Numbered from the whole stretch's first letter, positions 50,963 through 63,370 are shown. The stretch is DNA of 63,444 nucleotides, filler included, from Phoronis australis (GCA_002633005.1; 7 parts of 7 records of this genome joined end to end with filler, not necessarily neighbours in it); one strand, 5' to 3'. Numbers and translations are program-made. The notes: generated from the letters alone by a model not told the origin.

Positions 50963-51045
50963 TGAGGGTGTTTGCCAGTGCGAATGCTCTGAAGCATTTC
51001 ACACTGCCCAACTCTTGCCACGAGGAGGCCCCCTCAGTAAGAGTC
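50963..51045 (-). ncRNA. HDV-like (nested double-pseudoknot) self-cleaving ribozyme
   Basis: Minus strand: P1 GACUCUU/AAGAGUU (G1-U wobble); J1/2 AC; P2 UGAGGG/CCCUCA plus one G-C pair beyond a bulged A; P3 GCC/GGC; L3 UCCUCGU; P1.1 CC/GG; P4 CAGUGUGAAAUGCU-UCAG-AGCAUUCGCACUG; J4/2 GCAAA containing the catalytic C. Predicted cleavage between 51046 and 51045. Confidence 0.88.
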
Positions 51046-53767
51046 AAATTTGTAATTTTTGAAAAACTGTTCGAAAAGACCGAAATGTTGACTAAAATCA
51101 CTGCTGTATTATGTAGATCATAACCACAAGAATGAAACACTAGCGTGTTGCTCAAAACACTGAGCAAAACATAATGGTAATAGTAACATACCAGGCACCC
51201 CCACTTTGAGAACCATTGTTTTCTACTGTATAACAGGAACCTGTTTTTCACTGAATAGCAGGCGTTAAAACTTGTTCTCAAAATTTGGATTGCCAGTGAG
51301 TGACTATTGCCTGGATAACAATCCAACCCAAGCAACGCACAAGAAACCGTCAATTTGAGTTTAGTGACCCATGTCGTGAACACATCCACTAAAACAAGAA
51401 ACTGTAGGAACACCGCATTTATCCACCTTCACTCTTATCAGGCTTCTATTGTGAGTCAGCATGCGTGAATAATTGGCTGATAAGCCACCTCTGGAACTAC
51501 TTTTGGCTGAATGGATGACCAGGCCATAAAATGATAATATTAGCCAAGACCAGTTACTAATGCAACAAAGAATAGTGTCGTAGTATCATCTAGCCTTGGT
51601 GGAAAGCTGTATACTGTATTGGCTCTAATAAACGCTTAGAAAAAATCATTTCACGGGGAGGGGATTCTTATTGTAGCCTACGGCAGTTGAAAGCCGGTTT
51701 CCCAAACGGGTAAAATCGGAAGCTAGGATTCATAAAATTTACGCTTTGTGACGAATTTTANNNNNNNNNNNNNNNNNNNNNNNNNNNNNNNNNNNNNNNN
51801 NNNNTTAATTAATTAANNNNNNNNNNNNNNNNNNNNNNNNNNNNNNNNNNNNNNNNNNNNAACTGAAGTCTGTCGCGCCCGCTTAACGTCAAGTTAGCTT
51901 CCGCGACTCAAACGCAACAATGTACTAGAGGTGTTTAATTTACAGCCGTTTTATTTTTGTAAGCTTTGGAAACAAGGTCGACGCCTCCGACAAGCTCACT
52001 TGGTTGTGTTATTTATTCTTGCGTTTGAATTATTCATGTAAACAAGCTTTGTGTGCTGGCCGTTCAAGACTTACAGTACACGGCTTTGTATTACGTGCCC
52101 TGAATGAAAAAATACAATACGTTGATCAAGTGCATTTCAAAACCTGTGTTGCTACTAAAAACATCTTAATTTCTTTACCATACTAAACTGAGAGCCAAAC
52201 ACGCTACTCCATTAAAGTACATGCAATCAGTCGGGAGAGCATCAGGTCGACTGGGTTCGGGTCCCCCGTCGTCGTGGTCGCCGGGACACCACGTCGACTG
52301 ACTTGATCGGGTACCATGTCGACTGATTGCGTACGACTAGGACTTGGTCGGGCTCGACTGTGTCTTGGTGAGGCATCATATCAAGTTTATGCACACCGCG
52401 TCGGCCTAGTTGATCAAAACGTCACTGCAGGTAATTTATTTTGTCCCATCTGCGCCGTGACCTGATGCCAAAGCTTTATACACCAAACCAGTTGGAAGTG
52501 AAACGATTCAATATTTCACTGCAGAACAAAATTATCTCGTTTGACCTCAGCAACAAGTACAACAAAAATGACCCCGGGATGTAGGTTTCGGACTAGTCCC
52601 ATCACTCTGTTAAATTTGTAAGCTTTGTCACCCAGCTTACATGCTTAGAGATCATACCATGCTTCCGTTCACTGGGCCTTGACCTTGTGAAGAAAGGATT
52701 CTGATGCACGTTCCATGCAATGCTACTTTTGAAAACCATCGTGTTGGATCCATGCTTTCTATCAAAAATATGTAACTTAGTCCGCTAACCGTTATAAAAC
52801 GGTCTCATCCTATTCGTTATTTAGGAAAGAAATGAACTCTGGGCTCATGTTATTTCAGACGAGTCTCAATAAAGTTCAGGCCAACGCGTGTACGTTCACC
52901 CCAGTCGAAGCTCGAGATACGTTGGGTTGGTCAAGGCAAACTTATTGTACTGTATGTAGTCAATTGCACAACTGACGTATGACACAAAAGATAATTAATG
53001 CCGTTTTGGATGTGTTAAACGGGCCTATATGAACCGTTAGAAAGCCGTTTTGGGCACGTCACTGCAAATGTTTTTGTCGCTTTAACCCTAAGGGTGTCTG
53101 GTTATCACTCAAAAGCACGCACACGGTTCGTTACCAACTGAAATGTAATCGGCATTTCCACTGCTCATACACTGTACTGCTTTTCCATTGTCGGTACATG
53201 TAGCGTTATTTCCACTTGAACGTTTTAGAACACGACGCGTTTGTCAATTATCAATATCTTGAAGCACTGTTGAACTAGAAGAGTACTGAACCTATAAACG
53301 TAACAATTCATGCGCGCCAGATTAAGACATGGACCAGCGGGGTTCATTTATTGTGTCAATTCAACTGAAAGATTCTTCCCTGGCAATTTATTTATTTCAA
53401 TTCGAAGTTTGCGACTTCGACTTGACTTAACCCTCGTTGCGCAAGAGAAAATTGGCCCGCAAGCAACGTGAACTTGACCTTCCCATTCTACCAAATGAAG
53501 TAAGCTTCGATTTAATTAGTAGACCATCGAAAATTATAAAAGTAGCCTCGACATGTTCCTTAAACGGATTAAAAATGATTTTAGATCTTGGAAAGAACCA
53601 ACATTCCGACATTGACTGTGGCCATTCTCGGCGCACAACTTACCAATACAGACTGCTTAATACCATGTCCGAGCAAAAACGTTTTTAAAGCTTAAAAACA
53701 CTTCGAGTCTTAAAAATGATTCATTTTGCCAAAATTTCCGATTGCTTTGGTCATTTGCGAAATACGT

Positions 53768-54645
53768 TTATCTCTCCCCTGCAGAAACTTTCTGTGTGTT
53801 AAGAGCCTTACTCTGGTTTGAGTCTGTTTCACACGAAATGACTTTAATGACAACACCGTTCGATTCCGCGGGAGGTGATGGCGGAGAGGTGACGTTCTTT
53901 GCAGGCGGGGGACTCGTCAGTTGATTCCTTGGAGAGATGTCACTCCCCCTAGGACTTGTGTCACTTTTATTAGACGAGGCCGACAGTTTTCTCTGTCGAA
54001 ACTGTTTCCTTGAAATCATCGGCGACGCGACATGTGATGATATCAGTGGCGATGTTGGCGGCCACTTAGCGCCATCCAAACTATCCTGTCGTTTCATGGT
54101 ATTATTGCCCAAGTCTATTGAAATCATGGGACTTTTTCTTCTCATGAGCATGGGTGAGTCTATTGATGATCGAGTAGAAAGAGCGCTATCTGGTCGATTT
54201 CGAGGACTACGACCAGCGTTACCGGCAGATGGAATTCTGGTACGAGGGCTCAGACTTTGAATGGTCTCGCCGCGCTCGAAGGGATTGCGAGAACTGAAGG
54301 ACTGTGCGCGGACACGTGAGTGCGAATTTTGAAGTTGACTAAACGCCCGCAATGTGTCCAGTTGGTCCTGTTGTTGGTCAATTGATTTTCTTGGACGACG
54401 AACTGATTTAATATACTCCGGCTCTCCTAGTGTAGTAAGTTGCCGCAGGGAGGCGGTCAGATTGGTACTTGAACCGGTTCTTGAGCGAAGTTGCCCATCA
54501 AGGCCCACGATAGGTGGTAAGAGAAACTTAAACGAGTTTCGTGTTCTCAAGTCCGGTGGTAGAAGCTTCCCGGTGGCCGTGTGTACATCGAGGTCTTCAA
54601 ACTCCCTGGACATCCTGCGACCTCTTCTTGCAGCATATTTTTTAC
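53768..54645 (-). CDS. Exon 3 of the unannotated gene
   Basis: 878-nt open frame (SREFEDLDVHTATGKLLPP...FLLPPIVG..., many SP and RxxS motifs) ending in TAA. Confidence 0.8.
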
Positions 54646-57600
54646 CTGCAAGAAGAGCGTTCAATAAGCATGTGCATGGGCGGCGCACCATAGGGGGCGC
54701 TGGGGGTCTATAGCCTCCACTTATTTCAATGCTGCGCCGTCCATGTTAAAAATATTCGCTTGTCTAGTGAGCTTAAAGAGGCATGGAACGTGAAAACTTG
54801 TAAAAAATACCTTTTAAACAAATCGTGGCGAATCTTGGCGATGTTAACGTGATAGTTATTCACCTTGAATATTGCAAAACTTTCTAAAAAAGTCGTCATA
54901 TTCACTCTTTGAAACAGAGACGTAAAAACAATTCTTTAGTTCCTATACAGTTTTCAAATTCTCCGCCACCAACGCATGCGCACAAACAATTCGGACGGGC
55001 TGCTGCTTGAAATCATCATTGTTTTGTTTACCTCAAAGGTCAAGTGTCACATTTTACATTTAAGGAAAATGCGCTACGTTGATGTCTTGACATACCAAAT
55101 AAGGAGACGTGCTTTGCCGTGTGGTAGAAAAATCGACGAAGTGATCAGCAGTTGACAGATTGTTTGTTCAAATATGAAACTAGAGGAAAAATGCTTAGAC
55201 ATCAAAGAAATTCAAAATCTTTATGAGCAACCCGTAAAAATACCTCGTGAGCAGTTTGTTTTCAGTGTCTGTGGTACACAACCACTTTGAATAATGCAAC
55301 TTAGTCTGTTTTTCACGTTCTATGCCACTTTAATTTACTGCACGCATCGCAAACAACAACTCCACGGAAAGAACGCTGCTTCCAATATTTCTCGCTACCT
55401 CCTTGTTACTGTTGTAGGATTAATTGATTTCAAGGTTTGCGGTCATAATTTGCATATGATTAACGCAGCCAGTCGAGACTGAAACTGTCAAGTTGCTATG
55501 TAGATCGCATTTATTATGGCGACCATATAGCCTTAGCAACAATGAACTCGGGTGGGTAATTTGCATACAACGTAAAATAAGGAACCATGACTCCACCAGA
55601 TTTAAAAAACCTCAAAGTGCATTCCAGACAACGTAATGACGACTTTAGCGTTGCAGACATGAAAGTCAAGGATTAGAAGCGGCACCTTCATGTGCTTGAC
55701 ATTTGAAATCCTTAAATATTAAAAACATCTAGCTTCAAACCATTACTTATTTTTTAGATACTTTTCAAAGATACTTGAACTTAGGTAAAATGGAAATGTA
55801 TACGGGAACAGACAGTTTGGCTTTGGTGCAGTCGTTAAAAATAAGATTCAGCCTCAAGCTTTCAGAAAAAAAATCGAAACTGCATTAAAGTCAACAAAAT
55901 CACAAGGAAAACTGTTCATTACAAAAACGTTATGTAACTACATTATATTTTGTAATTTAATAACCGAGGTGTCTAAACTATATTTAGAAGGTAAATTATA
56001 TTTTCACACGTCTCGTGTCAATGCAAAATAACCCAATTGGGACCTTTCCTTTTTCGAAAATCGATTTGTGCTGTTAACAATACCAGTCTTTTTTGTGATG
56101 ACGTTTAAGAGGTAAGAGAATAAATTTGATTTGGTTTGAATATTACACACGGTGCTACTCTGTGCAAGTTAACTTACCCATTTTCTCAAAGTCTGTTTCT
56201 GCGGCTTTAGCGCCTTTAAAGTTGATCGGAAAAGGATTAACAAACTTGTCTTCATCTTCCGACTCCGTTAAGCTTCCACTATCACTACTTGGTTCTGAAA
56301 ACAACGATCAGAGTTGAGTGGCGGAGACGCAAAAATACCGCGATACAAGTCGATCTCGCAAAGTCTTGGCAGTGCGTGATCTTACGTTTTCGCGAGGCGC
56401 TCGCGTCTATGGAACCTACGTCGAGGTCATTACTACCTGGTCTCATTGGCTTCCGGTATCGTTAGATCCCGTATTGAGACTACGTTGGCTCAGTTTCTTT
56501 TGATTGGTCAATGATGCAAAATGATACTCGCACAATTATCTACACTGATGATGTTTAAAGCACACGGAACGCATCCTTTTGCAGATGAGTAGGTGTAAAG
56601 GGAACCACTGTCCGGTTTACGGATATTTGAGCGGCCGAGCATCTGGGGGAAACATTGAATGACGGGTCAGTGTGTTTACATGTAGGTGGAACACTAAGCC
56701 CGCGGGCTAGCTCGCTTTCTTGCTGCACCGCCGCTATAACAAGTACACACGACAAACGCCAGAATATTTCGTGCGTGATGAAGTTTAATTACTAAGTCAA
56801 TGAAGTTTCGTACTTTTGAACACACTACCGTACAATGATAAAAATCACGAAACACGATCCTTCTGTACGTATTTGGTTTCATAACTGCAGTTTCCCGTTG
56901 CGTGGTGAGTCTGTCTTTATAGCCTAACAGTTGCTCAATAAACAGTTTGTCAGAGGACAAAGTGACTTGTTTGAGAATTTTATATTTAGAACTGTGAGTG
57001 GTTCAGCGTGCACGGGTTGTGATGAAAATGGTGCACGGAAGTTGTAGGCTATATATGAGCGACTCACTATACATCAATGCAGACAATCACGTTGTTTTAC
57101 GAATACCGGTAATTAATCACTCCAAGTTTTATGGCTTTATTATGGACCAGATATCGAGTTGCCAGTGGTAAAATACTGTTAATGAATCAAGTAGGTAACG
57201 CCAACTCAAGTGGGAACGAGTATTCGATTGCAGTATCTCAAGATGCCACATTTATGGCACAGCCTATACACCTTATTCACGCAGTCACCATTTTAAAAGT
57301 GAGCCTCTTTTTAGGTTTTAAAAACAATGTAAGAGCAAAGCGCGAATTTTCCTTGTGCCTTGTTATATTTATGTCTCAAATGCATTGTTTTTAAATCTAA
57401 AAAGAGGCTCACTTACTAAAATGACCACTGCGTGGATAGGGTGCATAACGAGAATGCGACTTACTTGAGTTGAAAATTTAAAGCTTATAACACTAACAAT
57501 TGTACCGGAAGATGTAGCAGGAATCAAACGAGTGCAGTTACTGAAATCATGGACGGTTGTTGCATTTTGAAAGGCCAAGTCATTTTTTTTTCTAATTTCT

Positions 57601-58559
57601 AAAAAGGAGACAGATTCATTCAAATTAATCGTCTCTTAATCAAAACATCAAAAGTCGGATTTGTGAGATCACATTTTGTTAACATAATTAAACCTGTTGC
57701 GGCGTCACGACGTCACAGCCAGTAATAGTAATTGGATCCAGGTTTGGTGAACTTAGAAGACAGATTAATTAAACCAACTTTTTGCATGTAATGCATCGAA
57801 ACGAATCGTGATCTTTGATCCGGGTACATAAAGTCCTCAAAGCCGCGAGATCGGTGTCTCCAGAAAGCACATCTTGGTGGCAAGACTCACTTTTAGTGTA
57901 AAAGTTTATTTTGTCGGTTAAAAACAGTAAGCGTGCTTGTTGAAAAAATCTAACTTTTATGAGAAAAGTCTTCCAGTTTTACCTCAAGGATGACGTGTTT
58001 AAAAACACTTGTCAACTACATGTTGACAAAATGTAGAGCCAAATGTCGTCTTGTAAAGCTGTCGGGCATTTTCATGTCTGTTTGTATTCACTTTCATGTT
58101 AAATGCCAACTTATGCATGTATCGAATCTGAGGATTTAAATACTGTGATTCCCCACGCCACATTGCCTTCGCAACAGCAGTTAAAGTATTGCGAAGATTT
58201 TGGGTATTATATGAAATCGTGTTGAGCTTTCCCTACTTCTAATTTCAGAAAAGCGAGATTTGTTTGCAATACTTCAAAAGCGAATAATTAATAGGCTAAA
58301 GCACCAAGCACTCTGTACGAGCCCCGGACTTACCCTTCAGATCTGTCATTCCGCACACCAACTGGTCCGTTTTCAACTGTTGCAGGTGCGCCACCATGTC
58401 CCTTTGGGCCTTCTCCATCTTACTCCATGCCTGTTTCGCCTCATTATCCAGCCCCACAGCCCTGTGGTTGTGTATCGCCCTCTCCCGTTTATTCTTAATT
58501 TTCACTCTGTTAAAGCTGCGCGTGGACTCCTTAGTGTACATTTCGACGTCTTCTTCCAT
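53768..58559 (-). CDS. Unannotated 3-exon gene, 406 aa: N-terminal coiled coil plus long Ser/Arg/Pro-rich disordered region
   Basis: Exons 58559-58334 (donor aag g|gtaagt), 56294-56178 (acceptor ttttcag, donor atg g|gtaagt) and 54645-53768 (acceptor cttcttgcag). Both introns are phase 1 and the total is 1221 nt in one open frame. Confidence 0.78.
56178..56294 (-). CDS. Exon 2 of the unannotated gene
   Basis: EPSSDSGSLTESEDEDKFVNPFPINFKGAKAAETDFEKM; strong splice sites, phase 1 on both sides. Confidence 0.72.
57265..57447. mobile_element. Hairpin MITE with ~65-bp inverted arms (intron 1 of the unannotated gene)
   Basis: tatacaccttattcacgcagt...aagtgagcctctttttaggttttaaaaacaatg pairs with cattgtttttaaatctaaaaagaggctcactt...actgcgtggatagggtgcata. 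Confidence 0.85.
58334..58559 (-). CDS. Exon 1 of the unannotated gene (coiled coil)
   Basis: AGCATGG start; MEEDVEMYTKESTRSFNRVKIKNKRERAIHNHRAVGLDNEAKQAWSKMEKAQRDMVAHLQQLK...; consensus donor GTAAGT. Confidence 0.75.
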
Positions 58560-60246
58560 GCTCAGTCCAATTGCTGGTTTGACAACAGTTCGTAATTAGT
58601 AATTCTTCGGAACAATACACAGGAACGCTCCGCTACTCGATATAATAGCTTGTTATAACTACACTATGAATAGTTCATGAATCCATACTTCAGTACGTGC
58701 GCACGTATTTCAACCAGCTATGCTTCTGAACCTATAACCTAACGACGAATGGACGTAAAATACGTCCAAAACTGAAATATAGTAACTATTCTCAAATGGG
58801 CCGTCTGCGGAGCTAAAGCTCAAGCCATGACGTCATTCTTCCTCAGGCACCAATACTGGACTTCGACAACAACAGATTTCTACTTTGATTTAATCCAATT
58901 TAAGAAAATTACCACCCGTCGAGATGGCCCTTTTGTTGAGTCGACAAAACTGCTATATACTGTCATGTGATACGGTCAATTGGTGATTGAAACTCTTTAA
59001 TGGGCTGAAAATAAAAGATGACAATCTTGGATTCACCTTCACATTGGACGGTTGTCGTACAAAGATATATTGGATTTATCTTGACGCCAGTGGCCCAATG
59101 GATATACATGCAACAGAAGGTGTACAGAAATGATCAATTTAAAATTTGCTAACTGCCAATTCACTCAAGCGAACAAGTTCAAAGTTGCGCAAATACAAAA
59201 TGAGAGAAAAAGTTCATAGCTACATTTACAATGCAAAACTTGATACTGACCATTGAACACAATAAATGTGGGTGGAATGTCAATCACCTAGGATTAAACT
59301 CCAGCCTGCTCAACACTCGCAATTAGACAAACAGCGTTCCGACCAAGAAGAGAACTTTGGATTTATAGCACTACCGTCATAAAAGTAGTCTCAAGACTTG
59401 TTCCTTGTTGAGCTGAGGAGTGAGTTTCGGGTTTGAGGCAAAGAACTGACAATTCGTTTATGAGATCGCGCTCGGCGCATAAACTGACACGCCGTGGCCA
59501 GTCAACTTGTAATGCCTGGACTAAAGTAATAGGCCTAATGGCTTCAGTTATTTCGAAGCCTTGAAATCCTCTCCAATTTGGCAAAGGGACAATTTGAGGA
59601 CAATTTTAAAACTGTAAGTGTTCTAAACCGGACGTTTTTTGTGTTTGGAAGCTGGCTTGTTGGCTCTTTACTGCTTTCCGAAACTTACCTGTTGGCGGAG
59701 TTATTAGACTTGAAACTGCACTTGCATTAGTGAACATATGTACTCACAGAATGTGTTCAAATGTCGTCAAACATCCAGTTTTCAAAGAAGTGGATTAACT
59801 CCGCGTCATCGTAACTAAACCTATTGCCGCAGCTTAGAATATCAATGTCTTATTAAACGTGAGCTTTGGCAGAGAGAAAATTTACTGCTCGCGTATCCAA
59901 GCGCCTGAGGAGATTATCACAAGAGCGGCGATAAAACTTACAAAACCATTGACGATAAGCCTTCGGCGATGTTGATTTTACTTTAAAACATCGAGAAGGT
60001 TAATTGCCTCCTCATGAATCGTAACTGCCTTTCTGTTGCTTTAACCTCTGATTTACGTAAAAAGCCCAGTTTCATCTTTTTGCGCGATGTTGGTGAACAG
60101 CGATTTAATTGTATTTTAGGGCCTCCGGATGACATCATCATAAAGANNNNNNNNNNNNNNNNNNNNNNNNNNNNNNNNNNNNNNNNNNNNTTAATTAATT
60201 AANNNNNNNNNNNNNNNNNNNNNNNNNNNNNNNNNNNNNNNNNNNN

Positions 60247-60268
60247 TACACGTTCCAGTTGGAGCAAT
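60247..60268 (+). CDS. ABCH-type ABC transporter, 3' end of an exon emerging from the gap
   Basis: HVPVGA-AT|gtaagt joins the next exon to give VPVGAIYGLLG, matching the ABCH pattern xVPxGxIYGLLG. Confidence 0.75.
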
Positions 60269-61686
60269 GTAAGTACATACATTCAAGCAGTGAGCAAGTA
60301 AACTACTCTAATGTTCAATTCATTTGAAGCAGAGCTGCTCAGGAGACCTGTACAAAAAATAGTTTCTGAACAGGCAACCAACGAAATTAAAATTGTATTA
60401 GCCGTTGGTAAATACTTTGTCACTTTATTTTTTCAACAATTGTTTTAATATTATGTTTTTATCTGCAACGAGCGTCAGTTGCTTGAAATGTGGTAAGGGA
60501 GGGACTCTCCTACGGCAAAGATACGTGGATAGAAATTAATGCACTATTTACACTGTACTGCATGGGTAAAGTGGCATTGCCTTGTAATTTTTTTCATCAT
60601 TGAATATTGTCTTTGCTGCCCATTATGGTGGTTGCCCTGTATTGTCTTGGTCTGCCGTCCTCTTACCCATTGGGTGGAAGAGAATTTAACCTCCCATCCT
60701 GTTGAGTGGATGTGTTGGACGATTTTCAAAATTATGCAGTGATATCTCTCATGATTTCAGTTTTTGTCAAATTAGTGCTGAAATATGTTAGATTTAGCCT
60801 TTGCCCACCTGTCATGAACAGTCTTGACATGGAGGTAGGCTAGGCTATCTTTAAGAGTTAATAGTACTTTAAGGTTCAAATGTCTTTGATTCTGGATAGT
60901 CATGCAGGTCGGAGAACTGGACCACTCTGGTGTTATCATTTATAGTGGGTGGTAATAGGTGACTATCAATCAAAGCACAATGAACAGAAGACAAGACAAT
61001 ACAACAGCTGACATTATGAGGGAGGCTGGATTGATTCATTTAAATAACCCTTAAGGATCATGACAAAGCCTAAAGTTAAATGAGTAGCAATTATAAAGGG
61101 TTCATGGTACTGCCTCACGTTAAAAATAAGAACCATTAGTGTTAGAACTTGTCATGGGATTCCAATGACAGGAGAATCTCACATCAATGCAAGATTTTGT
61201 AAAATAGCACCCTGTAGTACAAGCGTATGATACAATAGCTTCCTTCATTAGATTCTTACATCTGCTTAACTAATCCTTGCTCGTAAGGTGTAGCTTGTTC
61301 TACGGGAGGGAGGAGAGATGTTCTGTTGGCTTAGCCTATTAGGCATTGTCTTTTATCTTAAGTTTATTTTATCAGTACTTAATGAAAAAAGATGAGGATG
61401 AACATGATGCATGTGTCCTGCAATAAAGATAAGTTCATGAAGATTTGAAACTGGGATATTTTATTTAAAAAAATTTAATCGTCTTGGTTGAAATCAATGA
61501 TTTTGGGCCACCCAGTGCCCATTTTAAATTTTGATTTTACCTCTAGTGGAGATTTTGGTGTTTTTTTTTGTGTCAATGGCTGTATCTCCATTTGCCTTTG
61601 CAAGAACTTTGTGAAATGTGGCAGATTTGTTGCTATAGAGCTGACAACAGATGATGACAAAGTTCCAGACCAATCCGATGACTGGT

Positions 61687-62354
61687 CAGGCCTTCATGCA
61701 GCGTACGTCCTGGGCGTCCAAATGGACGCCCCAGCACTAATATGGACGCCCTGGCAAGGACGCCCAATGTATCATTTGGACGCCCACTGTCAATAGGAAC
61801 CTTTCAAGTTTGGACACACACATTGTAATGATTACTAGGAAGCCTCTGAAGGCTCACAGTGGGGGCTCTTTTNATGCAGCGTACGTCCTGGGCGTCCAAA
61901 TGGACGCCCCAGCACTAATATGGACGCCCTGGCAAGGACGCCCAATGTATCATTTGGACGCCCACTGTCAATAAGAACCTTTCAAGTTTGGACACACACA
62001 TTGTAATGATTACTAGGAAGCCTCTGAAGGCTCACAGTGGGGGCTCTTTTCAAAGCAGGAAGAAATATACAATGTATATACAAAGTATATACAATGTTGC
62101 TATGCTCACACTTGGCTGATAGCATTGTAAAAGTCTTGGTCTACACCAATTTTTTTATTAAAAATGCTCACTACAGAAGACTGTTTTTTAAACTTAGATG
62201 TAGAATTCTTAGTCTATGCATTTTTTGTGAAAAAATTTGTGTGTTTGGGGGGATTGCTGGGGATGGGGGGTTACGCGTCGGAATTATGGACGCCCTGGAA
62301 TATTGGGAACCTCATTTTGGACACCCTATTTTCGAAATCCTGGATGAAGGCCTG
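61687..62354. mobile_element. hAT MITE with 8-bp TSD (ABC transporter intron)
   Basis: TIR CAGGCCTTCAT(G/C)CAG; TGACTGGT duplicated at 61679-61686 and 62355-62362; internal TGGACGCCC repeats; a 177-bp segment is duplicated around a single N at 61873. Confidence 0.92.
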
Positions 62355-62644
62355 TGACTGGTGTGTCCCCTAGTGGCAATTTTTGTTGTCTACGACTTTA
62401 TTCTGCATCTTTGGAATTCATTGATAGGTGGAATTTCATGAAAATTGGCAACTCGTTTTATTTTAGAGAGATAACGATACCATCCCATTATTGGACGGGT
62501 TAGATGTATTCTGTGCTATCTAATGTCCACTTTTACGATTACTAATTAACACCCCTGGAGGCATACCGTTTGCAGTGCGGTCATGGCCGCCTTTCTCCAT
62601 GTTGCTCTGACATGTTAACAGTTTATTGTTTATACTGATTCCAG

Positions 62645-62804
62645 ATATGGGTTGTTGGGCCCCAGTGGTTGTGGTAAGACGTCATTGCTTCGATGCGTGG
62701 TTGGAGCCACGTCAGTGGATGCAGGCTTTATAAGAGTCTTAGGTTCGCGCCCTGGATCATACAGACATGAAGTGCCAGGCAAAAGGGTCGGGTATATGCC
62801 ACAG
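62645..62804 (+). CDS. ABCH-type (ABCG20/23-like) ABC transporter exon: Walker A to Q-loop
   Basis: ttccag|A-YGLLGPSGCGKTSLLRCVVG...IRVLGSRPGSYRHEVPGKRVGYMPQ|gtaact. The VLGxxPG...VPGxRxGYMPQ stretch is characteristic of ABCH. Confidence 0.9.
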
Positions 62805-63370
62805 GTAACTATATGGAGACACTGTGAGTGGATACAAGGCTCATGGCACCAATTCGATGCAAAAATCGACCAATCACTTCATGTGAAACTGGAAAGATGA
62901 CTTAAAGCGTAGTATGTGATTTGTCAATTTTTGAGTCTAATGTAATGGACCCAGCAGTTTGGATTTCATGAAGGATCTCTCAATAGATTTATGTAACTGG
63001 CTTATCTTCGTGCCTGACTGATGGCTTGACTTAGTAATTCATCATCCAAGCAGTCTGTTGAATTTTTTCAATGTAATGCCAACATATTCAATGAACCAGA
63101 CATGTAAAACATTGTGGAAAGAACCCCCTCCCCCTATGGGGGCTTTTTGAAACCTTGTTTCTGAAAGAGTTTGCATAGGGCCTTCTTCTTGGTGAGAATT
63201 CTTTCAGATATCTGAACTATGTAATCTCTAGTAGTGAGGAACAGTACACTACTTCATGACACAGGTAATTCTCCACTTAGTTTGCCTGGAAATAGTTGCT
63301 GTTTTCTCCTTTTCAAAGTCTGTTTACCTCGCTGCAAATAATGGAAACTTTTCCAACAAGGTTAGGATAT

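Noticed and set aside
50937-51413. 158-aa minus-strand ORF overlapping the ribozyme
   Set aside because: Non-ATG start and no domain similarity. The RNA fold explains the only structured part.
54646-54691. ATG at 54691 as the start of a single-exon 307-aa gene
   Set aside because: A strong acceptor at 54647-54646 in the phase needed by the two upstream exons makes the first 15 codons more likely intronic.
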